Notes under the pieces: generated by a model
Seen by the model: only the letters and a program-made list of their open reading frames with translations
The model's database searches: none
What the model was told of the DNA's origin: nothing
Program-made: the position numbers and the translations under genes
In this document: one piece after another, positions 1-9,689 of the stretch
How positions within the stretch are numbered: position 1 is the first letter of the stretch
Layout of the letters: each line of letters begins with the position of its first letter
Assembly: GCA_034670305.1 (NCBI GenBank)
Contig: JAXMNT010000004.1
Span: 160,001 to 224,000 of the forward strand
Direction: 5' to 3'
Length of the DNA: 64,000 nucleotides
Source of the DNA: Deltaproteobacteria bacterium
GTDB taxonomy: Bacteria; Myxococcota_A; Polyangia; Polyangiales; Houyiibacteriaceae

Positions 1-423
1 CGTGACCAACGTGCCGTTGGTCGTGACGTGGACCGCGAGCGGCGTCTCGGCCGCGAGCCGCCCTACGAGATCCGCAAACCCCGCGTACGCGAGCGGTTCG
101 CCCCCACCGAACGCCACCTCGAGCGTGCCCGCATCGGCCAAGTCGCGAAGCAGCTCAAACGCCTCGTCCGCGTCCCACCGATCGGTGATCTCCGCGTCCC
201 GCGAACAAAAATGACAGCGCAGATTGCAGGCGTGCGAGAGCCCGAACAGCACCACCCGCGGCGCCCGCCGCCGAAGCCCGCGGGTCGAAGGCGCATCGAA
301 CCGAATCGAACGCCCCGTCGACGGCTGAAAGTAGAGAAGCGCCCCATCGAGCGCATGCGACCGAAACGCAGTGCTGTCTGGCTGAAACGCAGTGCTGTCT
401 CGTCGAAACTCAGCCCGGTCCAT
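1..423 (-). CDS. Radical SAM protein, N-terminal part (runs off the window edge; not in ORF track)
   Basis: Manual translation from ATG at 423: MDRAEF...VVLFGLSHACNLRCHFCSRD...EVAFGGGEPL...VHVTTNGTLVT. It contains CxxxCxxC, GGEP and TNG motifs. Confidence 0.9.
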   Translation of the reverse strand, partial: MDRAEFRRDSTAFQPDSTAFRSHALDGALLYFQPSTGRSIRFDAPSTRGLRRRAPRVVLFGLSHACNLRCHFCSRDAEITDRWDADEAFELLRDLADAGTLEVAFGGGEPLAYAGFADLVGRLAAETPLAVHVTTNGTLVT

Positions 424-491
424 CGTAGTGGTTGGAGGTTCCCCCATGGTCCGCCCCGAGTAACCACCCAGCGCCCGAAGTCCACAAAGAA

Positions 492-660
492 CCCTTGCCC
501 CTGCCCTTGCCCCTGCCCTTGCCCTTCGGATGAAGCGGAGTCGGCATCGGCTTTGGCATCGGGCATCGGGCATCGGGCATCGGGCATCGGCTTCGGCATC
601 GGCTTCGGCATCGGCTTCGGCTTCGGCTTCGGCTTCGGCATCGGCTTCGGCATCGGCTTC
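492..660. repeat. Compound simple-sequence array: (CCCTTG/CCCCTG)n, then (GGCATC/GGCTTC)n with four GGGCATC heptamers
   Basis: Visible directly in the divergent spacer between the radical SAM gene and ORF 872. Confidence 0.95.
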
Positions 661-871
661 AACCCTGTTCTTCGCCGCAAAAGCTCGTGGGCTCGCATCT
701 CTCTTGCCGGCCTGGAGTCACGGTGGAGGTCCGAGTTCGTTTCGGGAGAGTTCGTAAGAGTTCCGGGGAGTGCGGGGGAGTTCTCACAAGGCCGCTGGAT
801 GTCGCTTTGTCCTTTTGCATCGGCCCCGGTCTTCCGCGGGTCGCGCTGACATGGCACGCTGGCTACTCTGA

Positions 872-2044
872 TTGACCACAGGCGTGTTCAAGAACCAGGG
901 AGTGACAGTGCTGGCCAGAGCCCATGAACGCTTCGAGAGATACGTAGGCACTTCTTCCAAAGGAGAGAAGCCATCGCCTGAACAGACGCACTCGATGGGG
1001 GCGAAGATCTCGGAACTCGGCCGCTCCACTTGGTGCCCCGAGACCCACGCGAAACTCGCTCAGATGTGCATCGACATGCTCCCGGCGGAACCGGTGGCGT
1101 CGCCTTCAACCTGGTTTCCCCTGAACTCGGCGAGCAATGCGGGACGCGATGTAGACTCAGCCCTTCACGTGAAGCCTCTGCTCGATATGTTCGAGCAGGT
1201 GGCGTCCAACCTGACGCACCAGCAAATCGAGTTTCTGAGGTCTACCCTCCTTCCCCACAGTCGAGGTCCGGCGACCGAGTGGGTCCGAAGCCACCCACTG
1301 AACTCGCCTGAACTACGTGAGTTGTACGACCCGCCGGAGGGCACCTCAGGCACAGCGTCCGCCGCTCCAGCGTCTCCGACCCTGCTGCCGTGCGCCCCCC
1401 TGTCTGGCGTGCCCGCCGAACTGAGCAGCTGGGAAGCCGCTGGCCAGGACCGAGCGTGGGATGAGCTGGTGCGTGCGCGCGGGGACGAACGCGAGGACAT
1501 CGCCCCGTGGCGTCTGGCGACTGCGGCCCGTCGATGCCTCGAAGCTCGGACACTGCCGTCCGCTCAGTGCCTGGCGCTGCACGCGGATTGGTCCACGCCC
1601 GCGAGTCTGAACTGGCTCTTTGACGAGGGCCGCCACCACTTCTCGGGTGCGCCCTTGCACGCGTCCAGGGTGTCGAGGATGTGGGCATCGCTCCTCCTCT
1701 ACAAACCGTCGGTCTGGGCGCCGGTCGACGGCACGCCCTGGGCGGCGCGGAACGTGGACACCGGGGTGGAACTCGCAGGCGAGTCTTGGACCTGCTCGCT
1801 GGACGGCGAACCGGTGCGTGCTGGCTACTTGACCCTACCCACCGCCGCCGGTGTGCAGTGGGGGGTGGACAACTATGGCTCCGCCCGCCTGCCCCACCTG
1901 CCCGCACGATTGGAGCTGCGGGCAGGCAACTTCTTCTCAGGGGTGCTTCCTGGTTTGCGACCCACGGACCTCGAGGACGAACGCGGCAAGCCACTCTCGT
2001 GTTTGGCAACGGGTGCGGTGCGGATGCTGGTGGTCGCGTCGTGA
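872..2044 (+). CDS. Hypothetical protein (paralogue A of a tandem pair)
   Basis: 390-aa ORF with TTG start (uncertain). Its stop overlaps the next start (GTGA). The C-terminal half resembles the downstream ORF. Confidence 0.7.
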   Translation: MTTGVFKNQGVTVLARAHERFERYVGTSSKGEKPSPEQTHSMGAKISELGRSTWCPETHAKLAQMCIDMLPAEPVASPSTWFPLNSASNAGRDVDSALHVKPLLDMFEQVASNLTHQQIEFLRSTLLPHSRGPATEWVRSHPLNSPELRELYDPPEGTSGTASAAPASPTLLPCAPLSGVPAELSSWEAAGQDRAWDELVRARGDEREDIAPWRLATAARRCLEARTLPSAQCLALHADWSTPASLNWLFDEGRHHFSGAPLHASRVSRMWASLLLYKPSVWAPVDGTPWAARNVDTGVELAGESWTCSLDGEPVRAGYLTLPTAAGVQWGVDNYGSARLPHLPARLELRAGNFFSGVLPGLRPTDLEDERGKPLSCLATGAVRMLVVAS

Positions 2045-3150
2045 AACTGGCCCACCCCGAGCGTTTTCCTGCCGCCCTGCGCACCATGATCACCACCCTG
2101 GAGGTCCAGCGAGCGGATGTCCGGATGTTGGAACTGCTGGCGAACGCCACCATCGACCCGGTGGCCCATCGGGACCTCGCACAGGTCCTCGCCCAATCTC
2201 CCGATGCCTCCTACGCCGCTGTCCTGATCGATCATCCCACCTGCGCTTCTCGGATCCCCAACGCGCAGCTCGCCGAAGCGGTCCTACCGAGCGCGTGGGA
2301 GAGCGCGCTCATCCAGGAGCGTCGAAAGCTGCTGCTGGCGGAGTTGGAGGCGTTCCCCGGCGCCGCCGACCAGGCGTCCGAGGTCGAGCGGAAGATCAGT
2401 TCGCAAAGGAAGCTCGAGGAGCAGCAGACCATCGCTCGTCTTGCGGAGCTCAGCGGCCACGCAGCACCCGGCCCTGCGCCCGACTTCCGCATGCCCACCG
2501 CCCCACTCGTCGGGTCCGAGCGGGGCTCCAAGTCCAGCGAAGCCCAGCGGGCGGGGTGTGAACTGGATCGGGAAGATCTCACGCGCTGGCTACTCGACGA
2601 CTCCCGAGACTTGGCCTCTGCCCGCATCGCCACCCTCGCGCATCGTGCCGTCACTGGCGGCGAAGACTCGACCGCTCGGAACGTTGTTCTCGCCGGAGGC
2701 TGGCCTACGCCTGCGACCCTGTCCCGCGCCTTCGAACATCCGGAGGCGGTGCCGTGGTGCACGGCGGACGCGGCGACTGCGTGGGCCGAGCTGGTGCTTC
2801 AATGCCCCGCGCCATGGATGCCCCGAAACGCGACTCCATGCACAGCATTCGTGGACGCGATCGGCCGTTCCTTCTCTGGTCACCGCTGGCCGGTTCGAAC
2901 CCGCACGGGCGAGTCGACCCATGTCCTGCTCGACCTGGAGTCCGCTTGGGGCGAGTACAGCACGCTCCACTTCACCGAGGCCAACGGGACGTTCTGCGCC
3001 ACGGGACTGAATCACTCCGCCCATCACTTCGGAGACGTTTGGTCCCCGGTGGACGAGACGGTGTTCGTGCGAATGCGATTGGAGGGGGGAACATCCCAGG
3101 ACGCTCTCTACCTGGCCAGGTTCCAGGATCGCATCCTTCTCGAGTACTGA
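2041..3150 (+). CDS. Hypothetical protein (paralogue B of a tandem pair)
   Basis: GTG at 2041 overlaps the upstream TGA. Protein-like composition from VKLAHPERF onward; shares W-TPA-L and WA-L-L--P--W-P motifs with ORF 872. Confidence 0.75.
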   Translation: MKLAHPERFPAALRTMITTLEVQRADVRMLELLANATIDPVAHRDLAQVLAQSPDASYAAVLIDHPTCASRIPNAQLAEAVLPSAWESALIQERRKLLLAELEAFPGAADQASEVERKISSQRKLEEQQTIARLAELSGHAAPGPAPDFRMPTAPLVGSERGSKSSEAQRAGCELDREDLTRWLLDDSRDLASARIATLAHRAVTGGEDSTARNVVLAGGWPTPATLSRAFEHPEAVPWCTADAATAWAELVLQCPAPWMPRNATPCTAFVDAIGRSFSGHRWPVRTRTGESTHVLLDLESAWGEYSTLHFTEANGTFCATGLNHSAHHFGDVWSPVDETVFVRMRLEGGTSQDALYLARFQDRILLEY

Positions 3151-3159
3151 CGCTCTCGC

Positions 3160-4515
3160 TCAGCGCACCACGGGCGTGAACTCCCGGCGCCGCTCCAGGT
3201 CGCCCACGCCCAGCCGGCCGTCGTCGTTCATGCCGGTGCAGTAGACCTCGTCGCCCGCGCGGCGGGCGCAGGTGTGGAAGCGACCGACGGCGACTTCTTG
3301 CCAGTCGTCGAAGGGGCCGACCGCGACCGGCGCGGATTGGTCTTCGAGGTCGCCCGTGCCGAGCTGGCCTTCGGCGTTGCGGCCCCAGCACTCGAGCACG
3401 CCGCCATTGCGAATCGCGCAGCCGTGGAAGGTGTCGGTGTCGAGGTCGGCGTAGCCTTCGCCGACCACCGTCGGCACGTCTCGGTCGATGCGGTCGCCGA
3501 GGCCGAGTTGTCCGTGCGAGTTGTCGCCCCAGCATGCGAGCGCGCCGCCGGCCGTGATTCCGCAGGAGTGCGACTGGCCGGCGACCGCGCGGCTCCATCG
3601 ATCGTCGCCAACCTGGGTGGGCGTGCGCCGCTGGACTGGTGCGCCGCGTCCGAGGCCGAGTTCGTGGCTGCCGTTGCGTCCCCAGCACGCGAGCGTGCCT
3701 TGCCCGTCGGTCGCGCAGGCGTGGCCTTGCCCGATGCGGACGGTTGCCCAGTCTTGGGTCGAGGCGACCATTGGGATGGGTTGGTCGGGCACGAACGGCG
3801 GTGGGTCGTCGAGGGCGAGCTGGCCTTCGTTGTTGCGGCCCCAGCATCGAAGCACGCCGAGCGCGTCGATCGCGCAGGTGTTGTCGTAGCCGCCAGCGAA
3901 CGCGACGACCGGCGGCACCTCGACGACGCCCGGCGGCCCGTCTTCGAAGTCGCCGCGTCCGAGCTGGCCGAAGTCGTTGCGTCCCCAGCACTGCAGCGCG
4001 CCGGCGCTGTCGCGCGCGCACGCGTGGGTGCCGCGTCCGCCGACTTCGACGTAGGTGCCGGCTGGCAGGGCGACCGGCGTCGGCACCAGGTGATCCGGGC
4101 CCGCCGCACCGGACTGTCCGGACGAGTTCGACCCCCAGCAGTACACCGCCCCGTCGAAGACCGCGCAGCTGTGGGTGCGTGCGGCCGAGAGCCGCCGTTC
4201 GCCAGCGACCGGGCCGCCCGCATCCGGCTGGCGCGCATCTGCCTCGAGCGCGACGTCGGGGGTGCCGACGTCCAAGACCGCCGAGTCGCCCGCATCGGCC
4301 GGGCTCAGGGTCGGCAGGTCGTCGATGCAACCGATGGAGAGAGACAGCGCGCACAACACGGCGCTTCGGGACAGCACCGCGATGCGAGACAGCACCGCGA
4401 TGCGAGACAGCACCGCGATGCGAGACAGCACCGCGATGCGAGACGGCAACGCGATTCCAGACAACACCGCGGGGTGCAGTTCCGCGGGGCCCGTTCGCGC
4501 GCGGAACGGGTTCAT
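3160..4515 (-). CDS. RCC1/BLIP-II repeat lipoprotein
   Basis: Repeated H-C-A...G.L.CWG.N..GQLG motifs; lipobox SIGC; ATGA overlap with the upstream gene. Confidence 0.9.
   Translation of the reverse strand: MNPFRARTGPAELHPAVLSGIALPSRIAVLSRIAVLSRIAVLSRIAVLSRSAVLCALSLSIGCIDDLPTLSPADAGDSAVLDVGTPDVALEADARQPDAGGPVAGERRLSAARTHSCAVFDGAVYCWGSNSSGQSGAAGPDHLVPTPVALPAGTYVEVGGRGTHACARDSAGALQCWGRNDFGQLGRGDFEDGPPGVVEVPPVVAFAGGYDNTCAIDALGVLRCWGRNNEGQLALDDPPPFVPDQPIPMVASTQDWATVRIGQGHACATDGQGTLACWGRNGSHELGLGRGAPVQRRTPTQVGDDRWSRAVAGQSHSCGITAGGALACWGDNSHGQLGLGDRIDRDVPTVVGEGYADLDTDTFHGCAIRNGGVLECWGRNAEGQLGTGDLEDQSAPVAVGPFDDWQEVAVGRFHTCARRAGDEVYCTGMNDDGRLGVGDLERRREFTPVVR
4370..4444. repeat. 18-bp tandem repeat x4 (GACAGCACCGCGATGCGA) encoding SRIAVL in the signal-peptide region
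   Basis: Four identical units visible in the sequence. Confidence 0.95.
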
Positions 4516-5525
4516 CGCCATGTGCCGAGCCCCAGCCGCGCGAAGATGGTGAAGCCTTGCACCGCGGTCAGCCGGTCGGCGCCGTCGAGCGCGGCCACCC
4601 CGGCGAGCGGTCCCCCCAGACTGACTTCGGCGAGCAGTCGGAACCGTCCGAACGCCTGACGCAACCCTGCGCCGCCGCGCAGCCCGACGCTGACCCCGGA
4701 ACGATCCGAAGCCACTCCGTCCGCTGCGGCCTCCGCGTGAAACCGGGTCCAGCCGAGGAACCCACCGAGGGTGAGCACCAAGTGGGTGCCTTGGTCTGGA
4801 CGTCCCCAAACTCCGACGCTGAGATCGAGATCTGCATGGGCACCGCGGCTTCGCACGCTGCCGAGTTGCCCCGTGCGCCGCCGCCCCACCCGGCCGCCGA
4901 TGCCGAGCCGCGCGCCGACGTGGCGGTGTAGCCACAGCTCGAACGTGAGCCCACCCCCGCCGTGGAGCTCGCCCCCGACGTAGCGCTCCAGGTTGCCGAC
5001 GACGTCGATCCAGAGCGGCAGCGAACTGCGGACGGACCCTTCGTTCTGCTGCACCACCCGGTCGACGATCGCGCGGACCTGCGGAGGCGGTGGCGCCGCG
5101 GTCTCGGGCGCGTCGTCGAGCAGCAGCTCCGTCCAGCTCGCGCGCACGAGTTCGTCGGCGGCGACCGCGATGGCGAGGCTGCGCGCGCCGGCGTCGAAGC
5201 CGGTCAGGTCGATGTCGCGCTCCACCCACTTGTCGGTCACCGCATCGCGCACCCGGATGTTGACCACGGTGTCGGTGGTGCGCGAGAGCGTGAGGCGCGC
5301 GATGGCATCGCTCGGCGCCGCACCCGCGATGCACAGATCGAGATCTTGAACCCGAAGCGCCGCGCGAAGCTCGGCCGCGATGGCCCCACGTTCGCCCGCC
5401 GGCCACGCGCCGTCGAGCACGAGATCGAGGTGCGGCCCGGCCGCGCGACAGACGTCTTGCGCGTCGCTGCGGGAGGCGGACGCGCAGACGAGGAGCAAAG
5501 CGAGGACGATGGACGGCCGGCCCAT
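4512..5525 (-). CDS. Secreted protein with probable C-terminal outer-membrane beta-barrel
   Basis: Signal peptide [17 protein letters not shown]; alternating Gly/hydrophobic strands ending ARLGLGTWR; lies in the ECF/FecR operon. Confidence 0.7.
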   Translation of the reverse strand: MGRPSIVLALLLVCASASRSDAQDVCRAAGPHLDLVLDGAWPAGERGAIAAELRAALRVQDLDLCIAGAAPSDAIARLTLSRTTDTVVNIRVRDAVTDKWVERDIDLTGFDAGARSLAIAVAADELVRASWTELLLDDAPETAAPPPPQVRAIVDRVVQQNEGSVRSSLPLWIDVVGNLERYVGGELHGGGGLTFELWLHRHVGARLGIGGRVGRRRTGQLGSVRSRGAHADLDLSVGVWGRPDQGTHLVLTLGGFLGWTRFHAEAAADGVASDRSGVSVGLRGGAGLRQAFGRFRLLAEVSLGGPLAGVAALDGADRLTAVQGFTIFARLGLGTWR

Positions 5526-5579
5526 GGGGGACGGTACTCCAGGCGCGGCTGGCGCGGCAGTTCGCGCGTGCCCGTGGTT

Positions 5580-5953
<374 letters not shown>

Positions 5954-7003
5954 TCAGTCGCACAGGTTGGCGAGCGCGCTGGTGTGCCGGCCTTGTGGGT
6001 AGGCGGACACGTAGGAAGCGTGGCTCTCTTGGCAGCCGGCGGTGTCGCCGAGGCGGGCAAGCGCCCTCACGATGCGGGCCATGGCGTCTTCGCGGAAGGG
6101 GGAGGCGCCGGAGCGGAGGGAGCGGCGGAAGGCGCGGACGGCACCGCGGAGGTCGCCGAGATCGTCCATGCGGACGCGGCCGAGTTCGAAGGCGGTGAGG
6201 GGGACGCGGGTGTCGCGGGGATGGCGGCGGAGCAGACGTTCGTACAGGGCCTCTGCTTCGGAGGCCGAGCCGGTGCGGCGGGCTTCGCGGGCGCGTTCGA
6301 AGAGTTCGTCGGCGGTGGGGCGTGCGGCGCGGGCGACCTCGGCGACGGGCTCGGCCTCGCCTTCTTCCGGATCTTCCAGGCCGTCCTGCCCGGGCGCACC
6401 CTGCTGCAGCCCATCCAGCCCACGCAGCGCTTCGACCACGGGTTCTTCCGCCGCCTCTTCTGTCCAGCGCTCGCCTGCGCGCACGCGCTGGACCTGTTCG
6501 CCTCGTCGGACGTCGACGGCTCCCCGTTCAACCGACACCGAGACCGACGCGCCGCGGGTCACGGTGAAGCGGGTGCCGATGACTCGGACTTCCACACCGT
6601 TCGCGAGCACCACGAACGTGCGCGAGGGGTTGCGGGTCACGTCGAAGGTCGCGGCGCCCTCTTCGATTCGGATGCGGGTCTCGTCGCTGCCAACGGGCGC
6701 GTCCTCTCGATGCAGGAGCGAATGGGGCGCGGCCGCGATGGTCGAGCCATCCTCGAGCCGCGCGTGCACCGACGTCTGCTCGGACGCCAGCGTGGTGCCC
6801 GCCCAGTGGGGTTCGGCCGACGGGAGCTGCGACCAGGCCACGACGCCCAGCAGGACCGCGGCCGCCACCGCCAGCCACGCACGCGACCGCATCGGCGTGC
6901 GCTTCGCCTCGAGCTGATCGGCGATGGCCGACCAGTTCTCCTCCACGCGCTCCGGCGAGAGATCCGGTTCGACGAGCGACCGGCGATCGAGCGGCTCGGT
7001 CAT
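5954..7003 (-). CDS. FecR-domain anti-sigma factor with C-terminal TPR-like region
   Basis: TM segment; [20 protein letters not shown] and [10 protein letters not shown]...V.VERGAVDV motifs; helical C-terminus; ATGA overlap with the sigma gene. Confidence 0.9.
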   Translation of the reverse strand: MTEPLDRRSLVEPDLSPERVEENWSAIADQLEAKRTPMRSRAWLAVAAAVLLGVVAWSQLPSAEPHWAGTTLASEQTSVHARLEDGSTIAAAPHSLLHREDAPVGSDETRIRIEEGAATFDVTRNPSRTFVVLANGVEVRVIGTRFTVTRGASVSVSVERGAVDVRRGEQVQRVRAGERWTEEAAEEPVVEALRGLDGLQQGAPGQDGLEDPEEGEAEPVAEVARAARPTADELFERAREARRTGSASEAEALYERLLRRHPRDTRVPLTAFELGRVRMDDLGDLRGAVRAFRRSLRSGASPFREDAMARIVRALARLGDTAGCQESHASYVSAYPQGRHTSALANLCD

Positions 7004-7578
7004 CGCGCACCTCGTTCGAGCCGCGCGTTCAAGAGCGTGTCGCCATCCTGGATGCGTCGCTTCACCGTCGCGATGGAACGGCCCATCTGCGCCGCGATCT
7101 CCGCGATGCTCAGCCCCTCGACGCGCCGAAGCACGAGTGCGATCCGCACATCGGTCGGGAGCGCATCCAGCAGTCCGTAGAGCGCGCGCAGCTCCAGCCG
7201 CACCTCGGCCGACGCCGTGTTCGACACCAACCGGTCCACGGCGACCGCTTCGGTCGGCAGGAAGAACCGGCGGCGGCGTTGCCGCTTTCGGATCGTGGCC
7301 CGGGCGCAGTTCACGACGATCGTCCCCAGCCACTTCGCGAAGGCCTGTGGGTCGCGCAACGTGTCGAGCCGTTCGTACGCGGTGACGAAGGCGTCTTGCA
7401 CGAGGTCGTCGACGTCGACGCCGCCAAGCAGCCGATGCGCGAGCCCGGTCGCGAGCCCGACGTGCCGGCGGTAGAGGACCTCTTTGGCACGCATGTCGCC
7501 GTCGAGCGCGCGGCGGACCCACGCCCCATCGGGAAGCTCCGCATCGGCCCCTCGGCGCAGTGGTACGACGACACCCAT
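7000..7578 (-). CDS. ECF RNA polymerase sigma-70 factor
   Basis: DDLVQDAFV...FAKWL (region 2) and EGLSIAEIA...TVKRRI (region 4.2). Confidence 0.93.
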   Translation of the reverse strand: MGVVVPLRRGADAELPDGAWVRRALDGDMRAKEVLYRRHVGLATGLAHRLLGGVDVDDLVQDAFVTAYERLDTLRDPQAFAKWLGTIVVNCARATIRKRQRRRRFFLPTEAVAVDRLVSNTASAEVRLELRALYGLLDALPTDVRIALVLRRVEGLSIAEIAAQMGRSIATVKRRIQDGDTLLNARLERGAR

Positions 7579-7642
7579 CTCCACAGGATAGGTGCACCTC
7601 GGGCCACCAACGGCTCAAAATGCTCCAACCCAGGCGCCTGCC

Positions 7643-7678
7643 TAGGGCCGCCAGTCTCGCGAAGCGAGCCAGGCCCGT
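7643..7678. repeat. REP-like palindromic repeat, inverted copy of the 38-bp unit at 30975 and 31203
   Basis: TAGGGCCGCCAGTCTCGCGAAGCGAGCCAGGCCCGT is the exact reverse complement of 36 bp of the other copies. Confidence 0.92.
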
Positions 7679-7690
7679 GCTGGCAGAAGA

Positions 7691-8905
7691 CTACGGGCAC
7701 CGTGCTGCCTGGCCGTAGGCCATGAACCGGATCGGGTGGCTGCCGACGAACGCGTCCGCTTCCGCCCAGTTCGTTCCGTCGCTCGAGCGGTAGAAGACCT
7801 GGTCTTCGTACCAGACCTGCCAGCCCCCACGGACCCCGACGTAGGATCCATCGCCGTACGCCACCGCGCCGAGCGTGATGCCGCCGGGCGACATGTCCGA
7901 CGAGTTCCAAGTCACCCCGTCTGCGCTGCGGTGGACCTGGCCGCGGCTCCACGCGACGAACTCGGTCCCGTTCCACACCAGCTGGGAGGACACCTCGGTG
8001 CCGATCGAAGACTCCACGAAGGTCTGGCCATCGGTGGACGCACAAGCGACACCATCACCCCCGAGGATCAACGTGGTGCCGCCGCCTGCGACGATGCCGC
8101 CGCGGGTCTGGACCGACGCGCCACATGCGCTCGGCATGCTCTCCGCGTGACGCCAGCTCACGCCGAGGTCGTCGCTCAAGACGACGTCGCGCATGCCGCC
8201 GTCTTCGCCGACCATGACGAAGCGCCCGTCCCCGAAGCCCGCGCGGCGCACGTTGAAGACCGAGAGCATGCTCTCGCCGCCCTCGACCCAGGTGTCGCCG
8301 AAGTCGGTCGAGCGGCGGACGTTGCGCGCGGCGGCCAGCACCACACCACCGCCGAAGACCACGTCGCCAAAGGTCGTGTCTGCGAGCGTGCGGGTCCAGC
8401 TCGTGCCCTCGGCAGTCCAGTCGATGCCGCCGGGCGGCCCCCAGCCCCAGGTCGCGACGAACCGTGGGCCGGTCGGTGTGGGCGCAAACGCGATGCCCTT
8501 GGCGGCGCCCGGGTGGTGGTCGCAGTCGTACTCGCCCTCGGCCGGCCAACACACCGCGTCGTCGTCGAGGGAGCGGTTGGCGACCCACGTGCGGCCGCCG
8601 TCGCACGACACCGTGGTGCGCCCGACGTGTCCCTGCGCAACGAAGACGTTGACCGCGCTTGTCTCGCCCGCGTCCTCGCCCCGCGCGTCTTCACCCGCAG
8701 CGTCTTCGGCCGCCACGTCGCTCGCGGGCGCATCGCGTTCAGGACCCGAGTCCACGCTACCCGCATCCACCCGGCCAGCGTCCAGCGGATCGGACGGGTC
8801 GGAGTCACACGCCACCCCAGTGGAGACGAGCGCGCTGGCGGCGATGAGGACAAACAGAGGGCGGGTCACAAAGGGTAGGAGCGTGACGGGGCAAGAACGG
8901 CTCAA
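7691..8905 (-). CDS. Lipoprotein with BNR/Asp-box (sialidase/Ycf48-like) beta-propeller repeats
   Basis: Lipobox GVAC; SCDGGRTW, STDFGDTW, SDDLGVSW, SADGVTW and SSDGTNW Asp-boxes. Start codon uncertain. Confidence 0.85.
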   Translation of the reverse strand: MSRSCPVTLLPFVTRPLFVLIAASALVSTGVACDSDPSDPLDAGRVDAGSVDSGPERDAPASDVAAEDAAGEDARGEDAGETSAVNVFVAQGHVGRTTVSCDGGRTWVANRSLDDDAVCWPAEGEYDCDHHPGAAKGIAFAPTPTGPRFVATWGWGPPGGIDWTAEGTSWTRTLADTTFGDVVFGGGVVLAAARNVRRSTDFGDTWVEGGESMLSVFNVRRAGFGDGRFVMVGEDGGMRDVVLSDDLGVSWRHAESMPSACGASVQTRGGIVAGGGTTLILGGDGVACASTDGQTFVESSIGTEVSSQLVWNGTEFVAWSRGQVHRSADGVTWNSSDMSPGGITLGAVAYGDGSYVGVRGGWQVWYEDQVFYRSSDGTNWAEADAFVGSHPIRFMAYGQAARCP

Positions 8906-8913
8906 ATGATTCG

Positions 8914-8962
8914 GGAAGCGGAAGCGGAAACGGAAAGAGCCGGCGCCCAGGCGGACGCCGGC
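8914..8962 (-). terminator. Hairpin plus short (GGAAGC/GGAAAC) run downstream of the four-helix-bundle gene
   Basis: On the minus strand a GCCGGCG...CGCCGGC stem is followed by TCTTTCCGTTTCCGCTTCC. Confidence 0.5.
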
Positions 8963-8968
8963 CTCCGG

Positions 8969-9283
8969 TCAACGGCTTAGCTTGTAGAGCATCGCGCAGA
9001 TATGGTCGCACCGGTCGAGGAGCGCCGGGTCGACGTCGATGTACCCGAAGACCTCTGCGAGCTGCATCGCCGCCTTCAGCTCGCTGCACTCGCCACATGC
9101 AATCGAGAACTTGTCATGACACCGCAGCCCTCGCGCTTGCTTTGCTTCCGCAATGTTGAGGACCACGCTCTGCGCCGCCCGCTGCATCTGAGACGCAAGC
9201 GAAGCGTCGTGCTTGCGAACGCTCGGCAGCACCTGCGCACGCAGCGAACGAACCAGTTCGAAAGAAGTTTGAAGAACGATCAT
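8969..9283 (-). CDS. Four-helix bundle protein (23S rRNA IVP / bAvd-like family)
   Basis: 104 aa; LASQMQRAAQSVVLNIAEA...FSIACGECSEL...L...GYI matches the family pattern Q..RAA.S...NIAEG...F..A.GS..E. Confidence 0.9.
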   Translation of the reverse strand: MIVLQTSFELVRSLRAQVLPSVRKHDASLASQMQRAAQSVVLNIAEAKQARGLRCHDKFSIACGECSELKAAMQLAEVFGYIDVDPALLDRCDHICAMLYKLSR

Positions 9284-9320
9284 CGGAGACCCCTGAGTGA
9301 AGACGACCGAGCAGTGTGCC

Positions 9321-9519
9321 CGGCGGCCGCAGGCCGCCGTCGCCTGGTGGGTCAGGGGTCAAGGGCGAAGCGACGCGCATCGCGTCGGGCCGAAGGCCCC
9401 CTTGAGGCCTGGCACACCAGGCGACACGCTTGATCACCTGCCGTGCACAACCCCACCCGCAAAATGGGCACTCGAATCCCCACTCCGAAGGAGAGGATTC
9501 GGCCGACCTCCGAAGGAGG
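9321..9519. other. Branched hairpin element upstream of the four-helix-bundle gene
   Basis: GTCGCCTGGTG(9339-49)/CACCAGGCGAC(9415-25) closing stem; TCAAGGG/CCCTTGA stem; several short-loop hairpins with GCA, GAA and CAT loops. Confidence 0.75.
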
Positions 9520-9530
9520 AGGCTACCCGC

Positions 9531-9638
9531 GGTTTCGGTTTCGGTTTCGGTTTCGGTTTCGGTAGCGGAAGCGGAAGCGGAAGCGGAAGCGGAAGCGGAA
9601 GCGGAAGCGGAAGCGGAAGCGGAAGCGGAAGCGGAAGC
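9531..9638. repeat. Hexamer array (GGTTTC)5 GGTAGC (GGAAGC)12
   Basis: Visible directly. Confidence 0.98.
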
Positions 9639-9689
9639 GGAGCAGAACTCTTTTGAGCCGTTTCCGAGTGCCCGGTCTCCTACCCCGCA

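Noticed and set aside
853-868. Sigma-54 promoters at 853 (TGGCACGCTGGCTAC) and 40252 (TGGCACACCTGATAC)
   Set aside because: The -12 position reads AC instead of the conserved GC.
8969-9283. Complete diversity-generating retroelement or 23S rRNA intervening sequence
   Set aside because: No reverse transcriptase, no TR/VR pair with adenine-specific mismatches, and no rRNA in the window.
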